In this document: positions 1-19,059 of the stretch, one piece after another
How positions within the stretch are numbered: the first letter of the stretch is position 1
Layout of the letters: each line of letters starts with the position of its first letter
DNA from: the human T2T-CHM13v2.0 reference genome, Homo sapiens
Strand: one strand, 5' to 3'
NCBI RefSeq assembly: GCF_009914755.1
Contig: NC_060928.1
DNA: 64,000 nt
The notes under the pieces: model-generated
Databases searched by the model: none
Told to the model about the DNA's origin: nothing
What the model saw: only the letters and a program-made list of their open reading frames with translations
Made by a program: the position numbers and the translations under genes

Positions 1-276
1 TATTATTATTTGAGACAGAGTCTCACTCTGTCACCCAGGCTGGAGTGCAATGGCATGATACTAGCTCACTGCATCCTCAGACTGCTTGAGCAATCCTCCC
101 ACCTCAGCCTCCAGAGTAGCTGGGACTACACACACAAGCCACTGCACCTAGCTGATTTTTTTTTCATTTTTTGTACAGATGGGGCCTCGCTATGTTGCCT
201 AGGCTGGAGTTCAAGCAATTCTCCTACCTCAGCCTCCCAAAGTATTGGGATTACAGGCATAAGCCACCATGCCAAC
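1..276 (-). mobile_element. Alu SINE (old, AluJ-like)
   Basis: Antisense Alu (tgagacagagtctcactctgtcacccaggctggagtgca ... ggattacaggcataagccacc), diverged; explains ORF 10..294. Confidence 0.93.
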
Positions 277-1262
277 TTCATCATTTATATTTAATATAAA
301 TAGCTTTATTAGAAATTTAGGAGCATATAGCAAAAATATACACTTAATTAAGCAGTTACAGGAATTAGGCTGTTTTTAATTTTTTTTACTGGCAATTTTA
401 TTTTATCTACAGGACACATTTTACTTAAGTTAATATTAAAACATTTAAAAATTAAATTTTAGACATGAAAATATGCAACAAAAACAGGAAGTGTTTTCAT
501 TATAAAGCAGGTTATTAGTAAATTCTCAGAGTTTCTGAGACATATCAGAACTCCTGTATCGAAAGTTGCATTCATTCAGGAGGTATTAATACATTTTCAG
601 TGCTGAGAGTATTTACAGTACTTACAATATACTGAAAACAGCATTGTACTACTAGGGTTCACATCTGATAAACCTGAGTTTAAACTTCATGCCACAAGTT
701 TCCAATTCAAGGTACAGCTAATGCAATAACATTTTCTCATGTCATTTTTTCTTCTGAAGCTGAATAAAGAAATAATCATTTAAGCACATGGAATAATGCC
801 ATGTTCTCCCTTATAGTAATAATATATTTTAAACCTCAGATACTTCATATTATGGAAATTGACCATGATATACAAAGGCGCCTAAATACAGCAGAACCAA
901 AAAGTTTTCTTTTTGTAGATTCCATTAATTCATAATTATTTTAGTATAGATACATACTGGAAACTACTTCAGATTGTTGGACGATAGAAAGCTCACTGTG
1001 TCATTACCTACATTTAAGCAGCAGCACATCACAACCCAAACAATGGCAAGTATATATTCTTGTCTCCTCCCACTTCTTGGAGGGTCTTTTCCAGCTTACA
1101 GAAGCTAGCTTGTAAGGCTACAATAATGTTTCAGCCTATCATTGAAAGTTTCTGTATTAGGAGTTTTGAAATATTACTAACAGAACATTTATAAATCAGT
1201 CAGTTTTTTTCTTACTCTTTACTGAGTAGTTCAAATGCAATAGATAAGTGTTTTAAACTGTT

Positions 1263-1461
1263 TGATAGGCTTCATTTTTTTAAAGAGCAGTTTTAGATTG
1301 ATAGCAAAATTGAGAAAAAGGTACAGAGATTTTCCATGTACCTCTCAGGAAGTACATGGTCTCTGCCATTATCAATATCCCGCACCAGAATGGTACATTT
1401 TTTACAACTGGTGAACCAACATTGATGCATGATTATTACCCAAAGACCATAGTTTACATTA
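1263..1461 (-). mobile_element. Ancient L1M (L1MC-like) 3' end fragment
   Basis: agagcagttttagattgatagcaaaattgag...ggtacagagattttccat...catagtttacatt resembles the antisense 3' end of L1MC-type elements. Confidence 0.7.
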
Positions 1462-1770
1462 TTTTTTATATTTTTACTTTTTTATTTTTTGAGATGGAGT
1501 CTTGCTCTGTTGCCAGGCTTGAGTGCAGTGGCTCAATCTCGGCTCACTGCAACCTCCTGCCTTCTGGGTTCAAGCGATTCCCCCGCCTCAGCCCTCCGAG
1601 TAGCTGGGACTACAGGCGCATACCACCACGCCGGGCTAACTTTTTGTATTTTAGTAGAGATGGGGTTTCACCATGTTGGCCAGGATGGTCTCGATCTCCT
1701 GACTTCATGATCCGCCCGCCTCGGCCTCCCAAAGTGCTGGGATTACAGGTGTGAGCCACTGCGCCTGGCC
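1462..1770 (-). mobile_element. Alu SINE (AluS-like), full length
   Basis: T-rich tail, then both arms ending gagccactgcgcctggcc; explains ORFs 1356..1754 and 1489..1710. Confidence 0.95.
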
Positions 1771-3206
1771 TATTATTTAATTTTTAAAGCATCTTATCAG
1801 TGTTTTGTTACGGTGACTAATGGTATTCATAGTACCATTAATGGTAAGATGTAAACAAGAAATGCCTACATTTAGGGGTTAAAATAATATTTTAGAGAGC
1901 ATTTTTCCCCATAACTAGGAAAGCTGTAGAATTCACACTAAACACAGATATAATGAGATTGTATGTTAATGTATGTAATTACAATAATATTTTATAACAT
2001 CAGTAATACAGTAAGTAAATTGAGTATAGGAATGAAGAGACAGAAGATTTCAGACAGAAGCCTATCACTGACTTGAATTTTGGATATCTCAAACACAAAA
2101 GGATATTTTCTACAAGCAGTATCGTTATATTTTCCCATCCAAATAGCTCAAATCTCTAACGTCTTTCAAAGAATTATCCAGAAAGAAAAGTTTCCAGTGT
2201 AAAAAAACTGTTCAGAAAAATCTAATTCATTCTGTCATATATGTGTGTAAAACTTCGAGTAATTTAAACCTAAGTAATTTCTTTCATAGCAACACATTTA
2301 CAGACTGAGCTTCAAAGACAGGGAAAAATTTATTTAAAATAATGTTAAAATAATGGATATACTTTTCTGTCCAAAGACATCAAATCCAAGACATAACACT
2401 GTAATCACAGAAGTGGTATGTAACAGAAAGAAAAGAAAAGAAAAGAAAAAGGTGGTTCAACATAAGTAATGTCTTCTTTCAAAAAAAGAAATGAAAACAA
2501 GACAGACTGCGTTAACATGTCCCCAGTCAAAAGATATGCTGAGATCTAACAGATGAAAGAAGAACCAGAGAAACTCCATTTTGAAGTAAAGGTAGAGCTG
2601 TGTTAAATTTGCTTAACCACATACTTATCATTCTTTTTGCTCTGTGCATAATAATTACTGGTGCTTGCCTTCTTTTCTGTAAAGTAACGCAAGTGGATAC
2701 CAATAACAAAACTTTCCTCTCAGCATAAAACATTGGTAACTTTCTCTATCAATTTAATGACTGATTAATATTAAAAGCTTAAGCCTAAATCACTTTGAAA
2801 TGCAGTATAAAATGCAATATATAATAGCAATTTATGGCAAAAAATCAAGTTACCACATGCATTCTTATTTATATTACAAAGTAAGGAATTCATGAAATGG
2901 TACAGAAGGCTTGTATGTAGTCTAAAAAGGAAATGTTTTTATAATTTTAAAGGTGGATGTTTTAAACTTTTAATTGAGCATGTTTAAGGAAATTTTCCTT
3001 TAAACCTGGAAGATTTATTTACATATTTTTGTGAAGTTAACATGGAGTTAAGATAAATATTTTAGTTCAGTAAAAATGGAAATAGCTGTAATTAAAAGAT
3101 TACTTATATCTTTTCTACCCTTTACAATCCCATAATTAACAACTTTATTTAGAGAAGCCAACTGAAATATGCTTTAGTTGAACTAAAAGGTATTATTTAT
3201 CATATC

Positions 3207-3591
3207 TGATATGGTTTAGATCTGTGTCCTCATCCAAATCTTATGTTGAATTATAATCCACAATGTTGGAGGTGGGGCCTGGTTGAAGGTGATTGAATAA
3301 TTGGGGGCAGTTTCTCATGTATGGTTTAGCACCATCTCCTTGGGGCTGTTCTTGTGATGGTTAGTGAGTTCTCATGAGATCTGGTTGTTTAAAAGTAAGT
3401 AGCACCTTCCCTCTCTCTCTCTCGTTCCTGCTGAGGCCTGCTTCCCCTTTGCCTTGATTGTAAATTTGCCATGATTGTAAATTTCCTGAGGTCTCCCCAG
3501 GAACAGAAGCTGCCATGTCTCCTGTATAGCCTGCAGAACTGTGAGCCCATTAAACCTCTTTTTTTTTAAATAAATTACCCAGTGTCTATTT

Positions 3592-3638
<47 letters not shown>

Positions 3639-3756
3639 ATTATACTTTAAGTTCTATATGTGCCATGTTGGTGTGCTGCACTCATTAACTTGTCATTTAC
3701 ATTAGGTATATCTCCCCAGTCTCTATTTCTTTACAGCAATGTGATGGACTAATACA
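3207..3756 (+). mobile_element. MaLR solo LTR (MSTA/MSTB-like) with nested mini-L1
   Basis: tgatatggttt ... ggactaataca termini; 5-bp TSD atatc at 3202-3206 and 3757-3761. Confidence 0.9.
3596..3714 (-). mobile_element. Very short L1PA 3' end insertion with (TA)n tail
   Basis: tattatactttaagttcta...gtgtgctgcactcattaact...attaggtatatctc; 18-bp TSD cccagt(g/c)tctatttcttt at 3578-3595 and 3715-3732. Confidence 0.85.
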
Positions 3757-4550
3757 ATATCTCTTGTATACATGGGGTTTAGAGTCACATTGAGATGTAT
3801 AAATTTCTGAGTTATTTTTGTAGAAAAAGGCTCATAGCTCTGAAAATACGAAAGGGTCATGCTTCAATTTGCAATCATTAAATTATATTTCTTACTTTGC
3901 TTTAGCTAAGGATTATTACTCAAAGAATGGAGTTCTATTAATACAACAGTGTACTTACTTGCCAAAATTTAGCCTCACAAAAACTTATGGCCAATTAAAT
4001 TAGTAAAGAAAAACCATATTAGCAAATGGGATGTTAAATATTAAATAAGTGCTGATATTAACATGAAAACTGAAAAACCTTATTTCCAGTTCCTCTATCA
4101 TTCCACTGTGCAACCAGAACTGTTTGCTATCTCCAGTTCAAATCCAAAGAGCTAGATTATTTCCTAACAGACAAATTTCTATAAGAGGAGAGAATTCAAA
4201 ACAATACACAAGATCGTATGCAAGATACAATTTGCACTAATTTACAAAATTTTATTTACGCAGTTTTATTTACATTCCAGAAAGATCTAGTTGATGAGTT
4301 TTGTGCTCATATTGATCTCAGATGATCATATGAACAGTTTGATTCACTGTAACATCTCTTTGACTTCTAGAAAATGGTAGTAGCATGGTATTAGGAGGGA
4401 AAAATTAATCAAATATCACTGGCCAGGAAAGACTGTACAAATAAGTAAGAAAAAAAGAAAAAATGTGTTAAATTTTGCTTGTTGACGCTTCCAGGCCACT
4501 ATGATCTATTGACTAACATATTGACTGACATTGAATATACACAAATACCA

Positions 4551-4852
<302 letters not shown>

Positions 4853-5012
4853 AAATACCACTGTAATAAGCATTTTATATTTATAGATTGGTCTTACTAC
4901 AAGTTGAGTTACCAGGTAAGGCACTCATGTTTCTTAGCTTAACATAAAAAGACAACAGGCATCTCAACAAGTCACAAGACAAATGTTACAGGGATGGTTT
5001 AAATATACTGTT

Positions 5013-11430
<6,418 letters not shown>

Positions 11431-11438
11431 ATACAGTT

Positions 11439-13663
11439 GAGATTTATCTTCCTTTATAATTCCTTAAATGGTCAACATAAAGAGAAGCAATTTTGAACCC
11501 TTTTATTAACCTGTGCCATAATCTCTAAACCCTTATAGGAAGTAACAGCTCATCCAAAATCTCACCAGAGAGTGGGGGCAATGTGTTAAACATCTGACTT
11601 TGTTCCTAACACCCATTGCATAGTCATAGGGCTAGAGTGGGTACCCTTATTCCCCACTGCATTCACTTTAATGGAAGTGAATTTGGAAATGCTTGTATTT
11701 AATAGTGTCACAGCTAGCAGCTATGCACAGTGCACCAGCAATGGCTCAGCATATCCCTGTACAAAATGGTTTGATGCAACGTGAAGTGAGGTAGAAAAAT
11801 GAACTTTGCTCCTCCGTAGTTCTTTAAGATATATATTGTTGTATTTTAAGAGGCTGGTAAACAAAAAATTAAGAGTATTACAAGTTCTTCATGGTTCTAT
11901 GAAAGTGTTTCAACCATAGATGAAAACTCCGCCAAAAACATATTTTCAAGTTCACTCTAACATTGTAAAGAGCTATTAATTGTTTAATTAGTTCCACTCA
12001 CTGAATTAACTAGGCAAAATTCTATTGATCCTATGTAATATGGTTTATAAAAACAAAAGCAAACATTTATAACATTGAGGGGTAGAAAACAAATCTTGGT
12101 TTAACACCAATATAAATACAAAAAATCCCTTAAAAGATTCTATGTATGTAACTAGAATTTACCATTTAAAATGGCCTTTAGTTGTTTCTACTTCTATTAT
12201 TAGTTTTAAACATCTTAAAATAAGTTAAGTATTTTAAAGCAGCTGATTGAGAGTATAAGTTATTTAGAATAATACATCAAGCTCTCCAGAAGATTTTTCA
12301 GAGAAAAAATTTGTGGTTACAACTATGCAGATCCATTAAGCCAACTTTGTATCTAGGCACTTACATGACCAAAGTGTAAAGCTTGTCACACTAATTTTCA
12401 AACTAAAGCTAATTATAACTGCTAAACTTGAAACAGCAATTTTTGAAACTTGATGCCTACTTATCTACCCAAAGGGCTAACTTCCTTCCACAAGATTGCC
12501 TCCTTTTCATCCTGAAACATAATATAAAAATACACTTGAACAAAAACAAAACAACAGAAGCCCCCTACCGTAAGCATTTCTGTTTAATCCATACTTTGTT
12601 ATAGCAGACTGTCAGGGTACTAGATCAATGCCCTAAAAGTTCCTTATTAATCTTTTTCACAGCCTCAACATATTACTCGGAACTTACATGTATCAAGTAA
12701 TCATTGTTACTTTAAATACGTGGAACAACAACAACAACAAAACCCATGCAACCAAAAATGCAAGAAATACAATTGGAGAGGTTAAGAATAATATATCTAA
12801 ATGGTAGTAAATGTCCCCAAGTGTGATAACCTTGGTATATTTGTTTAAAAAATTAGCAATAGTCCTACTAGCTACTATGTTATAGCAAGCAAAAAAAGAA
12901 CACTTCAATAAAAAAAGGAAGAATTTGATCCAGTAAAATTGTAAAAACAGAAACTATTCATGTAAATATGAATACATTACTATATGAAAACATTCAATAT
13001 AGATTTTGGTAATATTTAATATCATATACATTCCAGGATATATAATATTTATACTTCCAGATTATTCAGGGAGAAGAGAATTTAATTTTAAGATATATTC
13101 TCCCCAAAGAAATGCTTTTCAATATTTAATTCAAAAAGATGTGCAATCAACAGAGAAGGTAAATGTTTTTCACCTTCCTGAACACATATTTTTATATGAA
13201 CATTCTAAGTTATTTATAGCAGTGACTGGCATTTCAAGAGTAAGTGATTCATTTTACGTACAGTGCCTCAAGATTAAAATGTTCACACTGAACACCTAGA
13301 ATGTTTATGAAAATTAATCTTATTAAAGTAGAACACAGATGAAACAGATGAATGCAGCTATGGAATCATGTTTAATTTAAAAAACTCACACATAGCACAG
13401 ATTACATTATCAAAGGAAGGACTAAACTGACATTTTTATAGCTCTTGGCAGATTTAACAAATTTCTGTTTTGCCACATACCGATAGAAGTAGGCATATTT
13501 CTTGACATCATTAAATCTGTTTTAAAAATAGAGACATAATTTGTAAAGCGAGATAACCAGTTAAATAACAGAATTATAACAAATACTGGCTTTTCAGTAT
13601 TTTTTTCTAGAATTCTTATGATATGCAAGGATTGCTCAGCTATTTAACAATAATTAAATCTCT
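11439..13663 (-). pseudogene. Probable retrocopied ETNK1 3' UTR (proximal part)
   Basis: AT-rich sequence with no recognisable repeat, directly following the pseudogene stop and with no poly(A) tail near the stop; extent not verified by alignment. Confidence 0.6.
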
Positions 13664-15370
13664 TTACTCAAGCACTCTTAATGCAGCGATCTCAGGCTTT
13701 ATTTTGAAGTATTGGTTAAAATGAACTATTGCACACCCAAGGAAATAAAACTTAGTGGAGTATTTGGCTTGAATGAAAGCTCACAATTCCAAAAGAAACT
13801 AGAGGCCAATGCAAACTGACAGGCTTGAATAAAGAATATGGCTACCTTCTTTTTAGTAAATTTAATTCCAAAGTCCTTATACTTTTTGTAGACTTCAAGA
13901 TAAGAATGCAGCCATGGGCCCTGTAGTTCTTTGCCTGGATAGAGACTATACATAAAGCACACCTACAAATTTATTAAAATGACTTCTAATATCATGTGCT
14001 AGGTAGTTGTATCTAGAATGTTCACAATCATTGAACTGTATGTCACTTTGTTTCTCATTGCTGATTGCATTTGTGCAAAATAGGCCATTATGGCAAAGCA
14101 CGACTGATGAGCCCATGTTGGAGAGAATCTCCTTCAAATAAGTCATCACCTACTGATGAATCTGAGAGCCTGGAATATCTCTTAGGAACATTTTATTAAT
14201 GTCTTTGTATGCAAATTCTGTGGGAATGAGAGAGAAGTATTTTCCCATATATAGTCATAGATTAGACTTAGGAATCATGAGGATTAATTTTATGCATTAA
14301 CTTGACTGGGCTAAGGAATGGCTACATAGCTGATACAATATTTTTTTCTGGGTGTGTCTGTGAGGGTGTTTCCATAAAATATTAGCATTTAAATCAGTAG
14401 ACTGAGTAAAGAAGATTGCCTCCACCCATGCAGGTGGGCATCATCCATTTCATTGAGGGTCTACATAGAACAGAATGGTGGAGGGAGGATGAATTTTCTC
14501 TGTTTGAGTTGACAGATTCATCTTCTACCATGCTTGGACATCAGTGCTCCTGGTTCCTGGGCCTTTGAACTTGGATGAGGACTTACTTAGACCATTGTCT
14601 CCCTTGGTTCTCAAGCCTCTGGGTTGTGCTGGAACTACACTGCTGGCTTTCCTGGGATTTTAACTTGCAGACAGCAGATTGTGGGACTTTTCAGCCTGCA
14701 TAACTGCATGAACAAATCCTCATAACAAAGCTCTTTCTAAACTTCTATATGTATCCTATTTGTTCTGTTTCTCTGGAGAACTCTGACTAATAAAGGAATC
14801 CAGTCATTGTGTGCATAAATAGCCAAAATGTTAATAAGCTGAACAGCTCTTAGCTTGAAAATGACTGAGTTGCCAGCATGCTTTGGATCCAGTGCTTCTC
14901 CCTGTATACATTTACTGTGTGGTCCATAAATAGAGGTCCAGTAGAACTGTGATAGAAGGTACAGTAGAGTCTATGGCACTCTGAAACCCTTTACTTCCGT
15001 TATCTCTTCAATTAGCAACTCAGTCTTACTGCTATAAATTCTCAAGGTCTACATCCTCCTTTATATCACCCATACAATGGCCAATAAGTTTATTTGTGAT
15101 TCCTTCTATCAAGAGCTTCAGAGTTACTTCCTGGAAGGTCCCAATATTGCCACAGGTGTTGTAGAAGGCTCAGGGCCCCCTCCTGGCAGTGCTGCTCCTC
15201 TTGATCCTAAACCGTAGCATTCAACTTGGACACCTCATTGAGGTCCATTTGATGTAACTGGCCATGGCCAAGGCAACAGTGGAGACTGCCATAACAATGA
15301 TGAGATGGCAACCATAAGAACAGTGGCACTGGCAGCCTGGTGGAGCCATCCTTCCTGTGACTTCTTGACA
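13664..15370 (-). pseudogene. ETNK1: Processed pseudogene of ethanolamine kinase 1 (ETNK1), CDS plus upstream leader, interrupted by an MLT2 LTR
   Basis: Minus-strand translation across frames gives AVSTVALAMASYI...VSKLNATV*DQEEQHCQEGALSLLQHL...QEVTLKLLIEGITNKLIG...RIYSSKTELL...IQGEALDPKH...AHNDWIPKSNL*...KEILSNMGSSVVLCHNGLF...YSLYPGKELQ...FNQYFKIKPEIAALRVLE*. This is colinear with ETNK1 as remembered (MANYI...DQEEHRCREGALSLLQHL...GITNKLIG...AHNGWIPKSNL...GSPVVLCHNDLL...KPEVTALKVPE*). No introns; ATG at 15265, stop at 13664-13666; multiple stops and frameshifts. Confidence 0.95.
14276..14794 (+). mobile_element. ERVL solo LTR (MLT2B-like)
   Basis: ttaattttatg...ttgactgggctaagg...ctgggtgtgtctgtgagggtgtttcc...ttctgtttctctggagaactctgactaata; TSD ggaat at 14271-14275 and 14795-14799. 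Confidence 0.92.
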
Positions 15371-15684
15371 AGCTGTATATAACAGATGCCTTCTATTCAG
15401 TTATTTACAGTTTATTACCTCACTTTAGTGGACTCTGAACTACTGCTACAAAGCGGATTACTGATCAGTTTCTTCCTTCTGTACAAGATCAGTAGATATT
15501 TTTTTTTTTGTCCTCAAATTCTGGGCTTTGGGGTTATGGCTCTTGTTTCACTGATGATAAAATATTCTTTGTTTTTCATCATTTAGGTTGCTTATTGATT
15601 CTATGGATAAGAGAGGAATTTTTAAAAACTATTATGTCTTCACTCAGAGGAAAACTCAGGTAATGTTTTCTCAATAAAAAGCAA

Positions 15685-15845
15685 TGGCTCTTAAATTGTG
15701 GCTGCACGTTAGAATTACTTTAGGGAACTTTAACAATTCCAGGGATGAGATGACATGTCAGACTTTTAACCCACAATCTCGGGGGCTGCCTCCAGGCATT
15801 AGTCATTTTGAAAACTTCCCAGGTGATTCTAATATACAAACACTA
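15685..15845. mobile_element. MER5-like hAT DNA transposon relic
   Basis: ggctgcacgttagaattac ... aaaacttcccaggtgattctaat. Confidence 0.65.
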
Positions 15846-16167
15846 ATTCCTTCCCAGGTGTTTTATTTATTTATTTTTTGTGTGTGTGTGTTTTACAAAT
15901 ATGGATAAATTTACACAGATATCCATATAAATTTACCTTTGAAGAGCAAATTAAATTATTTTTAGTGTCAGCAAATTTTAATTAAAGCTTATTATTGTAA
16001 AAATGTTTTCTTTTCAGTTGAGCTAATATCAGATTAAGATATATATAATTATTTTCACAGTGATGTTGTTTTAGGAACTAATCATTATTGCTAGAAACGA
16101 ATTATAAAATCATATAATATAGAGAATAAGACTATAAAAAGTGCAGAGGAAAATAAGACCTCAAACT

Positions 16168-16556
16168 TAATCCATTGAGTTTAAGGCTACCATAACAAAG
16201 TACCACAGAATGGGTGGTCTCAACAACAGAAATTAATTTTCTTACATTTCTGGAGGCTAAAAGTTGAAGATCAAAGTGTCAGCTGAATTGGCTTCCTCCA
16301 GTGCCCCTCTCCTTGGTTTATAGATGGCTTCTTCTCCCTGTGTCTTCATAAGATTTTCCTTCTGTACCTACCTGTGTCCTAAACTCCTCTTCTTACCAGG
16401 ATACAAGCCATATTGGATTACAGTCCATCCTAATGACCTCATTTAAAAATAATTACCTCTTTAAATGTCTGTATCCAAATACAATCACCTTCTAAGATAC
16501 TAATGGTTAGGACTTCAGTATATGAATTTTGGAGGAACACAACTCAGTCTATAACA
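16168..16556 (-). mobile_element. MaLR solo LTR (MLT1B-like)
   Basis: ctaccataacaaagtaccacaga...tctggaggct...tgaattttggaggaacacaactcagtctataaca. Confidence 0.85.
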
Positions 16557-17899
16557 TACATTAAATAGCAAAATTTGAGAATTTTATGGCTATGTCAGAA
16601 TGTTAGAATTGCAAAATTAAAATACATAAAATATAATTAAGTCTGAAACCTTACCAAAAACTTCCATGTGTAATGTATTTCACTATTATTTTCCATAGCA
16701 AAGGTAGTTAAATACTCAGAAATTCTGGAAAATACAAAGAAGTGGAAAAGAGAGTGGAAAAAATATTGTTTTCCATCACTCACTTTAAATATTTTTTACA
16801 TGCTGGTGCTTGTCCTTCTAGTCTTTTCCTTATTTAAGTTAAAAAAGATATTTGAAAAAAATATATGTAACTATGCATTATGCTTTTTAAATTCTTTACT
16901 CGGCAATATAACTTAAACGTTTTATCTTTTACACATTTTGTAAAAATATTTTTAACAGGTTAAAAACACTATGTCTAATGAACAGAAACAGCGTTTACTG
17001 AATTATTCTGCTCACTGTTGGGCATCTGGATTAACAGTTAGTGTTCCACCAGGAAATAGATTGCACAATCAAAGTGGGTAGTTTAGGAGATTTTTGAAAA
17101 ATAAGCTTTATTTTTTAGAACAGTTTTAGATTTATAGAAACATTGAGAAGATAGTACAGTTTCCATATACCTTATCACCCAGTTTCCCTTTTGGTTAACA
17201 TGGTATATGTTATTCATATGGTACATTTGTTACAATTAATGAACCAAATGATGCATTGCTATCGATTAAAGCCCATCATTTGTTCAGATTTCCTTAGCTC
17301 TTAACTTATATCCTTTTCTATTCCAGGATCCCAGCCGGGATACCATATTACATTGAGTAGTCATATCTCCTTAGGCTCCTCTTAGCTGTGATACTTTCAC
17401 AGATGTTCTTTATTTTTTATGACCTTGACAGTTTTGAAGTGCACTGGTCAAGTATTTTGTAGAATGCTACCCTAATGAAATTTTTCAGATTTTTGTTTTC
17501 ATGATTTGACTGAAGTTATGGGTTTTTGGGAGGAAGACCACAGGTAAAGTTTCATTTTCATTACATTCTATCCAGGGTACATATATCAGCATGATTTATC
17601 TTTGTTAATATTGACCTTGATCATCTGGCTAAGGTAGTGTTTGTCAGGTTTCTCACTGTAAAGTTACTCTATTTTCACTCTTTTCCATACTGTACCCATT
17701 GGGAAAAGAGCCATCATATATGGTTGACAGTTGAAGAGTGGGGATTCATGCCCCTTCTCCTTGAGTGATGAGTATCTATATAAATTATCTGGAATTCTTC
17801 TGCAGGAGATACCTGTATCTTATTCCTTACTTATTCATTTAATCACTTTTTATATAAATATGAATCATAAATATATATATTATACTTTGGGTTATAACC

Positions 17900-18277
17900 T
17901 GCTACAATTTGAAGATTTCCACCCCAAATAACATGTTGAAACGTAATACCCATTAAGTGATGGTATTAAGAGGCAGGGCATTTTGGGAAGTGATTAGGTT
18001 ATGGTAACTACTCCTTTATAAATGGATTAGTTCCTTATATAAGTGCTGGAGGAAACTAGGCTTTTTTTGTCCTTCCACCTTTCACAATGTGAGGACACAG
18101 TGTTCATCCCCTCTGGAAGATGTAGCAAGAAGTCAAAAGCTGTTACCAGACACTGAACCTGGCAGCACCTTGATCTTGAACTTCCCCACCTCTGTAACTG
18201 TGGGAAACAAATTTCTACTGTTTATCAATGACCTAGTCTGTGGTATTTTGTTGTAGCAGCAAAAATGGACTAAGACA
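17900..18277 (+). mobile_element. MaLR solo LTR (MSTD/MLT1A-like)
   Basis: tgctac...gtggtattttgttgtagcagcaaaaatggactaagaca; TSD taacc/taatc. Confidence 0.85.
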
Positions 18278-18286
18278 TAATCTGAT

Positions 18287-18704
18287 TGTCTTAGTTCATT
18301 TAAGTTGCTATAAAGGAATATCTAAGGCTGGGTAATTTATAAAGAAAAGAGGATTACTTGCCTCACTGTTCTACAGGCTGTACGAGAAACATGGCACCAG
18401 CATCAGCTTCTGATGAGGGCCTCAGAGAGCTTCCAATGGTGGCAGAAGGGGAAAGGGAATAGGCATTACATGGCAAGAGAGGAAGGAAGGACGGAGGTGG
18501 GTTGGGGGAGGTCCTAAACTCTCTTAAACAATCAGCTCCTATATTAACTAATAGAGTGAGAACTCTCCTAATTACCATGACAGCACCAAACCATTCATGA
18601 GGGAATCTGGGGCCATGACCCAAACGTCTTTCCTCCCCACCTCAACCACTGGGGATTGAGTTTCAACATGAGATTTGGGGAGGACAAATATCCAAACTAT
18701 ATCA
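18287..18704 (-). mobile_element. MaLR solo LTR (MSTB-like)
   Basis: tgtcttagttcattt...gctgggtaatttataaagaaaagagg...aaatatccaaactatatca. Confidence 0.88.
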
Positions 18705-19059
18705 CCAATGCCACTTTAGTTTTTTACTCAAATTTTTCCAATTTTGGTCACTGGAAGCTCTTTCAGTTGGCTGCTATGTAGCACATTCCCATCAAAGTAG
18801 GTTTTTAATTTTATTTTTTAAAGAAACTCTTCTTTCTGGCACTACAGGATGCTCTAGCTCATCTTGTATGTTTTCTGCCGCAGTTCTAGAATCGGTCATT
18901 TCTCCAAGAAGCTCTGGTTCCTTTTAGTGGAGAATAGTATTAGAAACCAAGATCTGGGTACTCTTTGTTACTGGGAGGTTGTTGTTTCATGACTTACCTG
19001 AGAGAGCAAGAAAATATGTGTGTCTACTAACATATATATATGCATAGATCTAGAAATTA

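Noticed and set aside
2625-2676. 52-nt minus-strand exon-like segment (cag|...|gtatgt) within ORF 2527..2733
   Set aside because: Weak pyrimidine tract, no recognisable peptide, and it probably lies in retrocopied UTR.
14104-14160. CTGATGAG / CTGATGA resembling a hammerhead ribozyme core
   Set aside because: No properly placed GAAA or closing stems; it is the antisense of ETNK1-derived codons (GSSVV region).
13664-15265. Functional retrogene or ETNK2/choline kinase origin
   Set aside because: Multiple stops, frameshifts, an LTR insertion and mutated catalytic motifs; N- and C-terminal peptides match ETNK1 specifically as recalled.
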